A stretch of DNA of 64,000 nucleotides from Marsupella aquatica (GCA_973895155.1 OZ316892.1:27924307-27988306), one strand, 5' to 3'. Positions 51,179-64,000 are shown, counted from the first letter of the stretch. The notes: generated by a model not told the origin, from the sequence alone. Translations and numbers: made by a program.

Positions 51179-54100
51179 TTATCTTCGGTGGCCGAATCCT
51201 GCCGCCAACGGACGCCTCTGACGAGGATTCCTTAGCCGTGCATTACTATCCCAACCCAACTTCGCACCTGAACCCCTGCCACCAGCATTTTGGGCCGACA
51301 TACCAGACCAGTTGGTGGACGGAGCTGACCCACCTCTATCCTCTTCCTCTCTCTCATTGTATTCGAGTACAAGCCTTTTGATATCCTGCTTCTCCTCTAG
51401 CTCAGCTGCCTCCTTCTGTTTTGTGCTCTTCACCAGGGAACAATCACGGGGAATATGCAACTGTTTTGTGTGTTGTTTATTACCCTTTTTCACAAGAACC
51501 CTAAACTTTACATTGGTTCCACCTTGCTCATCCTGTACTTCGTCACCACTTTCCCCATCCATGAATCGTACGTGTGAATCCTTACTTCCATCGAACAGAT
51601 TCATTGGTATCATCATATTCAGTGTCGGCCTTGACCGCATTTCCAGCTTACGAGAATCTATGCTCTCTTGCATTAAAGCCCGGAACTCTCTTTCGAAATC
51701 CTCAGCTTCTGCTGGGTCAGCGTCCACGACCCTCTTTTGTTTCACTTTCACATGCTCTTCCTCCTCGGAACCAACACCCTCTCTATTCACTGGCTCGTCC
51801 TCGTCATCATCTTCCTCGTCCTGTTCAGTATCCTTTTCCTCTTCGAGCTCCTCCTCTTCTTCATGGCCATCTGGCTCCATACTATCACTCTCCGAGTCCG
51901 AGTCACTGTCCCCCTCATCAACCAAGCTGTCAGTCCCATATCTATCACTAGTTGTCAGCACTGCCCCAGATTTCTGCTCCACCCCGGCGGCCTCCCTTCC
52001 ACCATCAGCAGTGGGTGTCCAAACCTGCCCTTGATTTTCAGCAGATTGGTGCTTTTGATTACCCGATTTTTTTCTAGAAACCATGCTCAACTCAGACTCT
52101 TCCAAATCCTGTAGAGCCTGATTTGCTTCCTCATATGAAGAGAATCGGACCATTTTCGGTCGTAGATCCGCAAAAAGGTCTTGCAGGTCAAACTCTACAT
52201 CAAGAGGAATGACCCCTTTGCTCAAAACATATCTCTGGAAGTAAAGCAGAAACCGATCCAGTCTTCTTTTGGAAGAACCGCGATCAAAGAACTGCCCACA
52301 AGTCTCAAGCAGGGTTATGGTCATTCGGAGCCGGAAACAGTCTTCTGCTGGATCCAGCGTATCTTGCGAAGGAGTCCCGTAACCAAAAAAAATCAGCAAG
52401 TAAAGCGTGTCAAAAATTACAGTCGAGTCGAGCAGTCGATAGCTGTACAACTCTCCCAGAAACCGCATATATGCTATCCTCTTCTGTTGCATTCCAAAAT
52501 CATTCATCTCAAGCCCAACCCTTATCGCCTCCAGCACCTCATCAACAACAGCAACTGCAAATCCGTCATGATAGCGGCTGAGACCTGCTGTCAAAGATGC
52601 AATCAAATGCACCTGATTATATTTGCCCTTGTAAAACTTCATGAAGCAATGGAGAAGATATAGCTCGCACTCACACCAAGGCAGCTTCCGAAGCTGCCTC
52701 AATACTCGCTCGATAGATGATTTATCCAGATCCGAAAATAGCAGCTTCCGGATATACTGATGGAGCGGCGGACGTACTTTCAAAACCCTGGCAGATCTTT
52801 CAGGTGGTTTGCACTGGTAATATGCATTCTCCACTAGCGTACTATGGCGAGCGTCCAGGTTTTTCACGTTTTTAAACCGCATGATAATCTCGAGCATGTT
52901 GCCCATCCGCACGGACGATTCCGGTGATCTATAGAGAAAGCGTCCACAGGTCTCCAGCAGGTTGCAGGCGACATCAATGTTGTGATGTGTGAAGTCATCC
53001 AGACAGCATTTCAGGCAGCTGAATATGAGCCCAGGGGATGCAATTTTGAATTTGGCCAGCTCTCCTAAGAACCTGATGTTGCGGATTTTTGTCTCAATGT
53101 TCATTTGATCCTTTTTTGTCATCAGAAAATTGAACTCTTCTTCCAACGATTGCAGTATATTCGGTGCAACATCCTTCATGCAAGTGCTCAAAGTGGCCAC
53201 CATTCTTGAGTAGTAGGGGATCAGCTCTAGGGACGTCCGTGGCACATTGAAAAGAGCCCGGACAAGTTTCTTGCGGTTGCTCTTCGAATTCAGATAGCAA
53301 AATTCGACGCTTAACTGGTCTATGAGATCACGGCTCACACAGCCGGGAAGGCGTTGGACAAGGCTGTCTAGGCTGGCCCCCTCCAACCCCCTTATTTTCT
53401 CCTCACTGTCCTTGTCTATTTTCTTTTCACCCTTCGCTTTCTCTGCCTCCGGAATTTTCTCCTTCTCGTCCTTCTCCTTCTCCTTCTCCTTCTCCTTCGC
53501 CTTGTCTTTGGAATTCTCCGAATTTTGGCCATTCACTTCAACCACAGAGGGTTCGCTTGAATTCTCCAGTTTCAGCATTTCCTGTTGCAAATCGGGTACA
53601 ATGCTTCCAGCAGCAGATGCCTGCTCAGAATTGGTGGGGCCATCCGGCTGCTCTAATGACTTCTGGCTTGAGTCACCCTTGGGCTCCGCTTCTCCCAACA
53701 ATACCGCCGGGACGAAAGCCCTCAAATCCGGCAAGCTTTCGTAAAACGATCGGGTGTCCTCATCGTCCCAAATTGGCTCTGGAGTGGTGAGGTCTTTCGG
53801 CACCGATTGTACTGCCCCGTCATCACCCGATGAGAGCCTTGTTGTGCGACCATCCTCCGGCATGACTGGGGGTTGAATGTCAAGCACTTCAGCCAATGAG
53901 GAAACGCTTCTGAAAAGTTGTTCATAGGCCTTTCGCAGCTTCTCATAGGAGGACGAATTTTCCTCACTTAGTTCCCCTTTGGCATTGAGGATTCGCACGT
54001 TTTCCACTTCCAACACCCGCAGGGCTTCATGCTCTGAGAGCAGCAGCTCCAGTACTGATTCATAGAAAGAGAGAAACAACTTTCTGAGGAGCTTCTTCTG

Positions 54101-54853
54101 CTCAGGTGCTACATTGAGCTCGTTATAAATCTCTTCCTGCGCATCCTGATTTCCCAGGGGAAGCCCCAAGAGAACCCTTGCTTGCCTCGCGAAGCTCACA
54201 AGCAGAGATAAATTAGTATGCGTGACTTCTCGATCCCGCAAGTGGTCCGAATTAGTCAAATCCTTTATAATACCTACAAAGATTGCAGCATCGTCGAACA
54301 CACCACAGAAATACAATTCTACCAGCAGCCGGAAGGTGCTCCGCTTCCTCATTGCTCGGGAGCTCCGTTCGCCCTCTAGCGGCTCCTCAGCCATCTTGCC
54401 CGGGAAGAACGTTTTCACCAATGCCTGGATAAGGTTCGGCGAGAACTCTTTATACCGTTGGTGGATAAGGGAGCAAACCTGGACAGCTGCATTGATGTCC
54501 GACGTTCTCAGTTTCGCCTCACACACACCCGTGACGGCTTCCGTGACAAACATACTCAAGTTCACGGATCTGAGCTCGTCCAGCAGCCCTTCCTGCTGCT
54601 CCTCGTTGATTCCCTTCAATTTCTTGATCACGGCCGTGTTACGTTTGATGCTGGAGTCCAGGGTTCGGAAAAAGGTCACGTCGGGTCTGGCGGGGGACAA
54701 ATTGGCGTGCCGCAGTTTCAGTTTCGTGTCGGCCAACTTCTTCATCTCCTCCACTCGCCCCTGCGTCTCCCTTTTCTGCCCGGCGTCGGGCTCCCCGCCA
54801 CTCCTACTATTGCTGCTGCCGTTGGAGGACGATTTCTCCGTGTCTCCTCCCAT
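51179..54853 (-). CDS. UPF2: Nonsense-mediated decay factor UPF2, single uninterrupted 1224-aa ORF
   Basis: LDSSIKRNTAVIKKLK, three MIF4G-like regions (IRFLGELAKF, MRFLGELYSY), acidic linker, C-terminal LVKKGNKQHTK..IKRLVLEY. Confidence 0.96.
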   Translation of the reverse strand: MGGDTEKSSSNGSSNSRSGGEPDAGQKRETQGRVEEMKKLADTKLKLRHANLSPARPDVTFFRTLDSSIKRNTAVIKKLKGINEEQQEGLLDELRSVNLSMFVTEAVTGVCEAKLRTSDINAAVQVCSLIHQRYKEFSPNLIQALVKTFFPGKMAEEPLEGERSSRAMRKRSTFRLLVELYFCGVFDDAAIFVGIIKDLTNSDHLRDREVTHTNLSLLVSFARQARVLLGLPLGNQDAQEEIYNELNVAPEQKKLLRKLFLSFYESVLELLLSEHEALRVLEVENVRILNAKGELSEENSSSYEKLRKAYEQLFRSVSSLAEVLDIQPPVMPEDGRTTRLSSGDDGAVQSVPKDLTTPEPIWDDEDTRSFYESLPDLRAFVPAVLLGEAEPKGDSSQKSLEQPDGPTNSEQASAAGSIVPDLQQEMLKLENSSEPSVVEVNGQNSENSKDKAKEKEKEKEKDEKEKIPEAEKAKGEKKIDKDSEEKIRGLEGASLDSLVQRLPGCVSRDLIDQLSVEFCYLNSKSNRKKLVRALFNVPRTSLELIPYYSRMVATLSTCMKDVAPNILQSLEEEFNFLMTKKDQMNIETKIRNIRFLGELAKFKIASPGLIFSCLKCCLDDFTHHNIDVACNLLETCGRFLYRSPESSVRMGNMLEIIMRFKNVKNLDARHSTLVENAYYQCKPPERSARVLKVRPPLHQYIRKLLFSDLDKSSIERVLRQLRKLPWCECELYLLHCFMKFYKGKYNQVHLIASLTAGLSRYHDGFAVAVVDEVLEAIRVGLEMNDFGMQQKRIAYMRFLGELYSYRLLDSTVIFDTLYLLIFFGYGTPSQDTLDPAEDCFRLRMTITLLETCGQFFDRGSSKRRLDRFLLYFQRYVLSKGVIPLDVEFDLQDLFADLRPKMVRFSSYEEANQALQDLEESELSMVSRKKSGNQKHQSAENQGQVWTPTADGGREAAGVEQKSGAVLTTSDRYGTDSLVDEGDSDSDSESDSMEPDGHEEEEELEEEKDTEQDEEDDDEDEPVNREGVGSEEEEHVKVKQKRVVDADPAEAEDFEREFRALMQESIDSRKLEMRSRPTLNMMIPMNLFDGSKDSHVRFMDGESGDEVQDEQGGTNVKFRVLVKKGNKQHTKQLHIPRDCSLVKSTKQKEAAELEEKQDIKRLVLEYNEREEEDRGGSAPSTNWSGMSAQNAGGRGSGAKLGWDSNARLRNPRQRRPLAAGFGHRR

Positions 54854-55384
54854 TTTCCTCCTCCGTAGACGAAATCCACCAAACTGAACGCTCCGCCTCT
54901 CTCTGCCTCCTCCACTTCTCTCCTTGGCCCTGCCCCTCCGTCGTCGTCTCTCGCCGACGCGATCTCGTCACCACCACCCGCCGTGGAGCTCTCGCGCTTC
55001 ATAGCCCGCCGGGCTTTTCGTCGAGAACCTGGAATCAATAATGTCTCTTTCTTCCTCCCGTTCGAGCAAAACCCTCACTAGAGGAAGCTGTAATCAGAGA
55101 TTTCTCTTTCTTCCTTCCGTTCGAGCAAAACCCTCACTAGAGGGATTCGCCACAACTCCTCGTCGAGACCTCAAGTGCTCCGTGACAACTTTCCTCTCGT
55201 CTTTCTTTCGAGAACATTACCATTCGACATACGAAACGCACGACACGACTCCTCCTCGACGAAACCTTCGTCTCTTCTCTTCTCTTCTCTTCTCTTTGTC
55301 GAGTAAAACCTCGTGAAACAAAAGCTTTTTGTTTCTCTCGTTCCATCGAGTAAAACCGAACTCGTTCGGATTGGACATACATGA

Positions 55385-55806
55385 AACCTGGATAAGTGAA
55401 ATCTTGATAAGTGAACTCCTGCCGTAAGTGCAAGAAAATTTACCTGGATAAGTGCAACCTTGGTAAGTGAACTCCTGCCATAAGTGCAAGAAAATTTATC
55501 TGGATAAGTGCAACCTTGATAAGTGAAATCTTGCCATAAGTGCAAGAAATGACCTGGATAAGTGCAACCCTTGATAAGTGAAATCCTGCCATAGGTACAA
55601 GAAATAACCTGGATAAGTGCAACCTTGATAAGTGAAATCCTGCCATAAGTACAAGAAATGACCTGGATAAGTGCAACCTTGATGAGTGATATCTTGCCAT
55701 AAGTGCAAGAAATAACCTGGATAAATGAAATCCTGCCATAAGTACAGAATTTACCTGGATACGTGCAACCTTTATAAGTGAAATCTTGCCATAAGTGCAC
55801 AAGTGC
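55385..55806. repeat. Tandem array of a ~55-bp unit (CCTGGATAAGTGCAACCTTGATAAGTGAAATCCTGCCATAAGTGCAAGAAAT)
   Basis: About 8 copies; related isolated copies at about 56545-56575 and 56670-56720. Confidence 0.9.
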
Positions 55807-57295
55807 AAGGAAATGTGTGTAACACAAATGATGGTTTAAAGGTCTGTAGACAGATTCCACTTCTTTAATCCTCTACAGACCTCACCAAGCTTTTCAGTTG
55901 TCAGCCCAATATACTTAGTGGGTTTTTTCTTTTGTCTTTGTCCCTTTGTTGTTATGGGAAATTCCTTGGCTTCTTGGACCTCTTTGGTTTTCTCAGGGCC
56001 CTTCCCACTTTTTCTTCCTTCCCTTTATTAAGTTGCTTTGCCATTGAGACCATGTCTTTAGTAGGTTGCTTTGCCATTGAGGCCCTGTCTCCCGGTTCAA
56101 GTATGTCCCTTCACATTGTGATATATAATGTTAGCACATGCTACACTCTCTGCCAAAGTGCAAGGTACTAATTATTTTTTATTCCAGGAAAGGACATGAT
56201 GGCAAAATGTTCTTCTCCTGTTTTTTTAGTTTTTTCAGATTAAAAATAAATGTACACTATGCAAGGCCAATGTTTACATCAAAATTCTTAGAAGATTCTT
56301 TAATTTTACCTGTTTTTAGTTTTCAGTTTTAAGCATAAACAAACACACTCACTAAGAAGTCAATGTTTACATCATTTCTTAAATATCCTTAATTTTACAT
56401 CATAATGTTTTTAGAGATTTCAGAAGCACTATACGATATTTTCTAAGTCAGGTCCAGAAGTTTAAATAATATTTGTTTGTTGTGCAATCATAGATGGCAC
56501 TATGGTAGCAGTGTTGCTCTTGTTCCTTTGAGCTTGAAGACCTCAATAAGTGCACCCTTGCTAAGTGAAATACATGGAACATTGATGGCACTAAGGTAGT
56601 GGCAGAGCTCTCGTCTATACCTTTTGTGTTCCTTTGAGTAGAACAGAGATTGGGATTGGATATGCCAACCTCAATCAGTGCAACCTTGCTAAGTGAAATC
56701 CAGCCATAAGTGCAAGAATTCATCTTTTAGCTTCATCCTTACTGGTGATGACTTTAGGCCATAAATTTTATCCCGTTTCCAAGTCCTATATGATCATTCT
56801 TATTAGTCCAAAGATTCTGGATGATGAATTTGGCTGTCCCTAATTTTTTCTGGCCAGTTTTGAGGTTTGGGACCCCCCAATTTGTTGTCCCACCATCTGT
56901 ACTGTAGCACCTGTCAAGGGAAGAGTTTGTGTCCAAATCCAAATCTGCAGAGGGGAGTGATGCACACTCAGCTTGCATATTCTGTGACAGTAACCCAAAA
57001 GCTGAGAACCCGCTCTCCACTTAAGCTATATGCTTGATGGACTGCTAAGTGGCAGAACTCTAAGTGGCAGCCATGACCCAAAAGCCTATAATCACCAAAA
57101 GCTGAGAAATCCCTCTCTACTTGAGGTATATGCTTGATGGCACCTCTGAGTATCCCAAACTATTGATAGACCTTAAACAAACATACTCAAAACCTCATGA
57201 GTTCATTGGGGAAAAAGGTTTGGTTTGGGGATCCAAGTTCAACCATCCCTCTACACACAAGGAACCATCCCTCTACACACAAGGAGTGGGGAGGA

Positions 57296-57322
<27 letters not shown>
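57296..57322. repeat. (GT)n microsatellite
   Basis: Read directly. Confidence 0.95.
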
Positions 57323-57328
<6 letters not shown>

Positions 57329-57836
57329 AGTGTAATGGTGAGAGTATTGATTATCCCCTCAGCCCCTGGCTCGCAGCTTTGGGGTTCTGGTTTAATTCTC
57401 TCTCCCCTCCAGGTCTGGTCCCTGGGTATTGTCTCCTTGTGGCTACCCTACATAGAAACATAGAAATGTATACTCCGGAGGAGGAAGTCTATCCTGTGTT
57501 GGATGGGCATGTCAGATCCCTAGGTATTGTCCCCTTGTGGCTACCCTACATAAAAATGTCTCCTCCAGAGCAAAGAGCAGGAATTCCTCTCTTGGATGGG
57601 CATGCTTTAGGTTTTAGAGGCAAAAAAAAGTTTTGGTTTGGGGATCCATCAAGCAAATACCCTCATGGGTTCATTGAGCGAAAAAAGGTTTGGGTTTGGA
57701 TCCATCAATTAAATACCCCTTCTCTGCTTCTATGTTAAAACAACCTACGCTCCTGAAGCTTTGCCAGTCTTGCGGCCCAAGGTATTGTCCATAGAAGAGC
57801 TGGGTGATAGCATCTGGCTGCACAAATATGATCTCA

Positions 57837-60800
57837 CTACGCAACAGTGTCATCTTTGCCCATCTGGTTGTGCATCAGAGGTTCCGCTGTTTCTTGTTGA
57901 ACCTCGTTGCATGCAGCGGTAGGTGTCTGCCATGGTAGAAAGGGGCTCCTGGCGGCAAAATAATGGTTTGCAAACAGAGCGATGATACAAATGCACAGCA
58001 TGATGGGAACCCACATGAGCGAGTAAAACTGCCTCAGCTTGCCTGGAGTACATCGCAATTCGTAGAGTACTGTCCCGTGGCTTTCAACCGAAGCTTTCAG
58101 CTCCGTTATATTTGCAATGAAGTGGGTGTTGTTCCATACGTCTGTCCCTGCGCACGACCATTGAGAGTTCCTCGATAGAGATCCGCCGAGGGTACCGAGT
58201 TCTCCAGCCCAACGACGAAACCAGCTCATTGTCTTGCCCGATCCCGGTTGGTGGATGGAACCTTCGGCATTCGTCAGATCTACGAAGCTCACATGATTCA
58301 AAACGTCCTCCACTGGCACGGAGATTTCAGTTCTCTCTGACCCGAGGTTGAAGAATGCAACGTAGCTTTGACCTGCAAGTCCAACCCAATTCCCGACAAT
58401 GAAAGGTGAAGGTATTAGAGTTCGGGAGGAAGCCTTGAGAACTGAAAAATCTAGAGATAGATGGTGGGTGTTGGTCACTGTCTGCAAAGCTAGATGGTGA
58501 TGGTTTCGTCAGTCAGCTTTGCTTTGTGTGATGCGTCATCGCTTCAATACAACCCAGATTCTCGTCGACATCCGACACAATTGAATGCATACTTTTACAT
58601 CTTAGAGGGGCTTCTTTCGTACCAACTGTGAATGTAGTGCAGTTTTTCTCGACGCATGACCTCCCCTCTTAATATGCCCTCCTTACAGAGTAGTTGGGAG
58701 AAACAAGATTCGTGTTGACGACAGAACTCCATTTCTATTTGGAACGGTCCAACCATACTTCACTAATTCGAGAGCATAGTTACTACCAAAACAAGCCGGA
58801 ATTGACTGGAATATGAATAAAATGTAGCACCTTCAGATCCACGAGCCACCCAAACTTCCCATTGATCTGAAGGCACTCGTACAGCAGCGCAGAGTCTATC
58901 CTCGTGGCTCACAAGGTTGCCATCAATCAATTGCCAGACCTGCAGGTATGAACCAACGCAACAAGCATCAATGAACTCTCACCGTTCAAGAGGATTCCAC
59001 CACATTTCGATGAATTAATAGTCATCCTGGAAAATATAATTTTGTGGGGACCCGAGATCAAAAACATTTAATGAGACTGAAGAAGAATGTCGCGAATCAT
59101 CTCTCCAATGTGCTTAGAAATTCCCCTTCGAGATTCAATCTCGAGAAAGAAAGAAAATTGAATTGTCATACTGACAAGGGCCCCAATTCTGCACTTGCTG
59201 TGGAAATCTGGCCGACGTCCGGAATTACGTACACACAGTTTTGCTGTTGGACCGACTATTCTCAAACTTGGGATAAGGCTGACTTCCTCGCATTTGGTGC
59301 TTGGATAGACTATTATTCATTCACTACAAAGATCTGAGCTGTGTTTCTAAGTTCATTACTTTCCAAAAGAGACTGACTTAAAGAATTTGGATTTCTCGGG
59401 GACCAAACGCGCCAGGATACTAATAATTTGTACAAAGAGAGAGCGAGCAGGTAGTTGGCTTGTTTCTAGACTTCTGTCCTGGCCTTCCTTTTTATGGCAA
59501 GTGTCTTGGCTTGATTGTACTTCCTGTCCTTTGTCCCAGTTGAGGGATCCATGGACATTGATCCATTCATTCATTCTGACTGGACAATAGTGAAGAAAGG
59601 ACAAGGCCCAACGGCAAGTAGACCAGTAGGAACAGAGCAGATCAGAGTTTAGGGTTTTAGGGTTCAGGGTTTAGGCGGCCCAAGCTGGCGATGGGATCTC
59701 CACGGGCATGGATTTTACCCAGAACAAATGAGAATCACATTTGCTCAATGATTACTCATTTGAACGAATGAGTAATCACAATTTGCCAAGGGTGTAAATG
59801 GAATTCTGGGTTACCATCATGCACGTGAGAAAGAATGAAATGACATCGTGGTTTGAGAGAAGTATCGTTACTAACCTGGCTTGCTCTACCATCGCAACGA
59901 GAAAACAATGCAATTCTTTCACCCGTGTCGCTCAGTATACTATTTGAGTTGAGGCAGACCGCCTCGATAGTTGAGCTCCTCAGCAGTCCACGCTCTAATC
60001 CATGCTGTTTCCGCGAAGAACTCCTGCTTGTTCGAGACACATTGAAGGCGAGAATGTAAGGCGAGTATAGATCCGGTGAAAATATCGAGCAACAAAGCAA
60101 TGCCATTTGATCTCCATCTCTCTATCAGCAATTTTGAGTGCTGTATTGATACATGTTGGCATTCGCTTCATTCCACAAGACCAGAGGAAAGATCAAAATG
60201 GACACTTTCTTTTTGCAGCCAGGACACGTGTGCTCAAATTCCAGACTGTTCCAGGTTCATTTGATATTCTCTTTGGGTACTCAAGAGGAAGTCCATGACA
60301 AGCAGTCCTTTATTCTTCAAGTTGGATCTAATGTTCCTAGTTCGGATTTAACCGATGGCACTCACAAGTCTGGAACAGAAAGAAATGAGTCTTTGAAGCT
60401 CAAACAATTTGATAGCGGTGCCTGACGTCTTCCCCTAGAGAATCCTGACTTCGAGCCCGGCGACCAACATATCGCATCGTGGCCATTTTCTGTCCTATTC
60501 AGTTTCCAATGAGACGAGTTTGCCATCCCACAGTCTTCAAGTGCGATATTTGGCAGAGGCGATTGCACTGAGCTGCTCAGCTGGCAGGGGAACAATGCTT
60601 GTTGGTCAGGGACAACATTCTTGGACAAAGTTTGACAAGCTACATACACGGAACACTGTAGGAGAAATGAAGAAAACACAGATGACGATCAGGTCCGAAA
60701 GTATGGAATAGTCTAGATTGGCTCATTCAAGATAATTCAAAGAGAGAAGACCTGGGTACCAAATAAAGACATTTGGCTCATTCAGAAATGAATAGATCCA

Positions 60801-63800
60801 CATCGAAAGGGACTCAAAAGATATACGCACCTAAGCGTCTCTCATTGCTATGCAATACCTGTAAGTGATTCCAACCTGATATATGACGGTATACTTTATG
60901 TCGAGCTTGACAGTAAATTAAGGAATCTGTGAGAAATGAATAGTTACCTCTCTGTTGTGAGTGCTGTGGGCGTTCATCTCGAGTACAATTGGCTGTGTGA
61001 TTAAGTCCAACGTCCATTGATCTATGTGGCGCAAATCCCCTCCAAACATCAATGGTGATTTAACTATCGCCCATAGCGTAATCTGTCGGGACGAACATCG
61101 ACCACTAACATTGGATCCTCAAAACGCCAATGAAGATTTGGAAACTATAATCCTAGAAGCAAGTTGAGGTACTAGCACTCTAGATGAGGAAGGTAAACCA
61201 TCCAAAGAGGTGACAAAATTGACGCATCAGAAGGTTAGCCATAACCCTTGTGAAGGAATTACATCTCAACTTGTTGACAGGGATGAAGTTAGCTACATCA
61301 CAGGAAATACCTGGGTCATTTGTTCGTCCCTTGTGAGACGGGTGGAACGCCATGGACCGTAACCTGCACCTGATGTCACAAATCACGCATGCACCAGATC
61401 AGAACAAGGGTACATGTTGGATTCCACTAAAGAAAAATCCATGGACGAGGTTTTTGGCATACTAATTGGAGCAAAACATTGTTTTACCAGCATCTGTTAA
61501 CCAGCCAATGGGGAGCATATCCATATCTGGCCATGACTTGCCCCCCGACAGTCCTGGAGCACCTATTCGTCCAGCAGCTGCAAAGTCTCTGCTCTATGCC
61601 AGTACATCACACAAAATCAGGAACACTAAACACACTTTACATACAAATGTTTTATTAATCTTTGAAGTTTTTGGGAAAGTGTTCTGTACATACAAGCATG
61701 TTGCAGCATCAAACTGTAGCTTTCAGGTGACAAGAATAGATTCCATACAACAGACCTCGCTCTTTAAGAGTGATGTTTGGAGATGCTCACCGTCCAACTG
61801 GAAAGTGTGTTAGGACGTCCGACCAACTATCCCAATCATCTGATGTGACACGGTACATATGTGAAAGATGCGCCACCTGCTTTCCCATTTCTGGAGTGGC
61901 AGAAACTCCAGGAGAGAGTGAATACAGTATTGGACGCCCGGTGCGTTTAATTGCCTGTAGCATTGTTTGCACACACAACCCACCAAAATGCTAGGTATGA
62001 AACTCGATGACTATTCAGGATCGTGTGGATCCACCGTACATGAATCAGCGAGTGAAATTCTTACTACCTTCGAAATTCATTACTGCGACGTACTTTGTGC
62101 CAAAATTGGTGAGAAAATAATCAAATTACCCTGCTGATGTTGGGAGGGAGAGGAGGTGACGAACCTAAGGCCATACGAGCAATTATGCTGCAGAGCTACG
62201 TGATAGTAAACATTTGAATCAAAGAAATGCGGACTCAGGAGACACTTGCTGTTTTTGAGGCAATCCCTAGTCTACCATAACGAGCGGGCAACAAGCTAGT
62301 CGCTCCTCAATCTTACGATTTGAGAATTAGGCACTGGTACTTATTGTAAGGACAAGTAAGGTACACGAGGCACTTGATTATCAACACTAGCCACAAGTAA
62401 ATGAGCAGAGGACTGTGTGTTACACACCTTAGCAACCGCGGCTACTTCTGGGACATTAAGATCATCCACTCCAAAAACACAGTCATTCTTTACTGCAGTA
62501 CCCACGGAACAAATGGCGAAAGGACTACTTCAAAATCACAGTTTGGGGATTTGTGAGATGAGATTGGTTTGCACAAAGGGGACCACTCATACGAAAAAGC
62601 AGAAATACTTTAAAGCTGGAATAACTAAACAAGCATCAGCAGATCAACATCAAATTAAATGGGAACGAAAAGCTTTTGAGTGTCGTGTCCTTTTCTTCGG
62701 TGTAGAATTCCGATAGAACACTGCTCTGATGAAGCATTCTTACTCATATCGACCTCCCATTCGGCATACTGCTGGTATAGTGAGTTGATGAAAGCAACTC
62801 CTCCGGCACTGCTCGTGTCCACGCTGGTGAAGCAATTCGGCATCCAGGAGCACTGTCCTCCTGAGACCGTGATATCCTTCGCTGTCCAATTGCGTTCTTC
62901 AAAGCCTTCTGGGCAGTCCTGCAGAGCCGACTCATCGACCAGTATCAGTTTATTGCATAAGCATGCTCCTATGAACAAACAGAATTGACAAGTTTCCTCG
63001 ACGGACTTCTAGGTACCTGAAGGAAGTCAACTCATTTTTCGGGGCATTGAACCTGATGCGAACGCGCTTTGTTTGATTATGATAATTGACATAATCTATA
63101 TACACTGTCATAAAACATTCAAACGAAACATTAAAAGAAGGCGAGTAAAACTGTTCAACTGGCCCAAGTGCGCACCTTATCACAGAAAATCGGTGTGTTC
63201 TGTTCTACAGCTGCTGTGTCTATTCCCCGCATGACGTGTATGCCGAACTTGAGGCCCATCGCGTGCACCTTGTCTGCAATGGGTTTAAATCCTTTTCCAC
63301 CTTCAGTGGATGGCCATCTTGCTGGATCTGGCATAGGTCGGCCCCACTCATCGATTATATCGTGACCTGAGCTCCACACAGATGCACCAGGCTCAAGCTT
63401 CCTGTACCAGAGGAAGTCTACCACGACATACTGCATAGCAGAAATCCCAGGCAAGCCTCAAGTGAGCAGTCCCATTCTGAGGGACTCGTGATCCGATAGG
63501 CCTGCTAGACCATAACATTCTTTCTATCATACTCGCCTAAAGCAAGTGTTTCTTGACTCAGAGTACCTATTGTTGCTATAAGCAAGTGAAGGATTGTAGA
63601 ACAAAGGAAGCTCAATACGTAAGGATGTACAGAATTCAAGAACGTCGGAGATAGATAGAACATTCAAATCTATACAAGATCACTTCAGTCAAGTCTTGAA
63701 ATGAACAAATCTGACAAGGAATTTACGTCAGTTAGTACTTCCAATGTAGTCAACATTTTTCACATGAAAGGTCCCAGTAGACGAGGTACAATCGTTTAGC

Positions 63801-64000
63801 TCGGCATTCAATCTGGCTGAACAATAGCACCTTAACTAGAGGACTAGTTTGTCGTGGAAGAGGGGAAGGAAGGCAGTTTTGAACCTCGTAGCCGTACTCA
63901 AGAAGATTCTCAGCAACATATTTCGCGTTTTGAAGAAACTCTTCCTCCGATATTATCCAGGAGAAAGAGTCGTACGAATTCCATCCCCTCGGAGGCGTCA
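57837..64000 (-). CDS. GH27 alpha-galactosidase / beta-L-arabinopyranosidase-like protein (At3g26380/APSE-like), multi-exon, 5' end outside window
   Basis: TPPRGWNSYDSF, YVVVDFLWY, GLKFGIHVMRGI, KNDCVFG, ILYSLSPG, YRVTSDDWD, WPDMDMLP, YVAFFNL; hydrophobic helix near the C-terminus. Confidence 0.9.
59647..59675 (+). repeat. Short interstitial telomere-like tract (TTTAGGG variants x4)
   Basis: GTTTAGGGTTTTAGGGTTCAGGGTTTAGG within a GH27 intron. Confidence 0.6.

Noticed and set aside
51312-54887. Long plus-strand ORFs over UPF2 (and similar antisense ORFs over pol, the ATPase and PPR)
   Set aside because: Shadow frames of real genes, with low-complexity translations and no motifs.

Overview
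Eukaryotic nuclear DNA from a non-seed land plant. IFT88 implies flagellated sperm, and the gene set and style suggest a bryophyte, probably a liverwort (inference). Host genes: 3' end of IFT88, a clavaminate-synthase-like dioxygenase, a P1B Cu-ATPase, an alpha/beta hydrolase, an intronless UPF2, a GH27 glycosidase, and an apparently intact four-exon chimera joining Mg-chelatase D (CHLD) exons to a P-class PPR tract. The main result is a nested pair of Ty3/Gypsy-type retrotransposons (A: 18208-37576, minus; B: 24313-33844, plus, inserted in A) plus a solo repeat of B. Their terminal repeats show no obvious similarity by eye apart from the junction motif, yet both share five traits. (1) A DNMT3-like C5 cytosine methyltransferase between protease and RT. 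(2) A PHD finger at the integrase C-terminus. (3) A Tf1-like self-priming site instead of a tRNA PBS. (4) 4-bp TSDs. (5) Split direct repeats (a-internal-b-GC-a-b) with the same palindromic junction CACGACA-GC-TGTCA instead of ordinary LTRs. This layout equals a circularly permuted 2-LTR circle, suggesting a DDE-integrase retroelement that integrates from a circle opened at an internal att site. All calls are by eye; no database searches were run.
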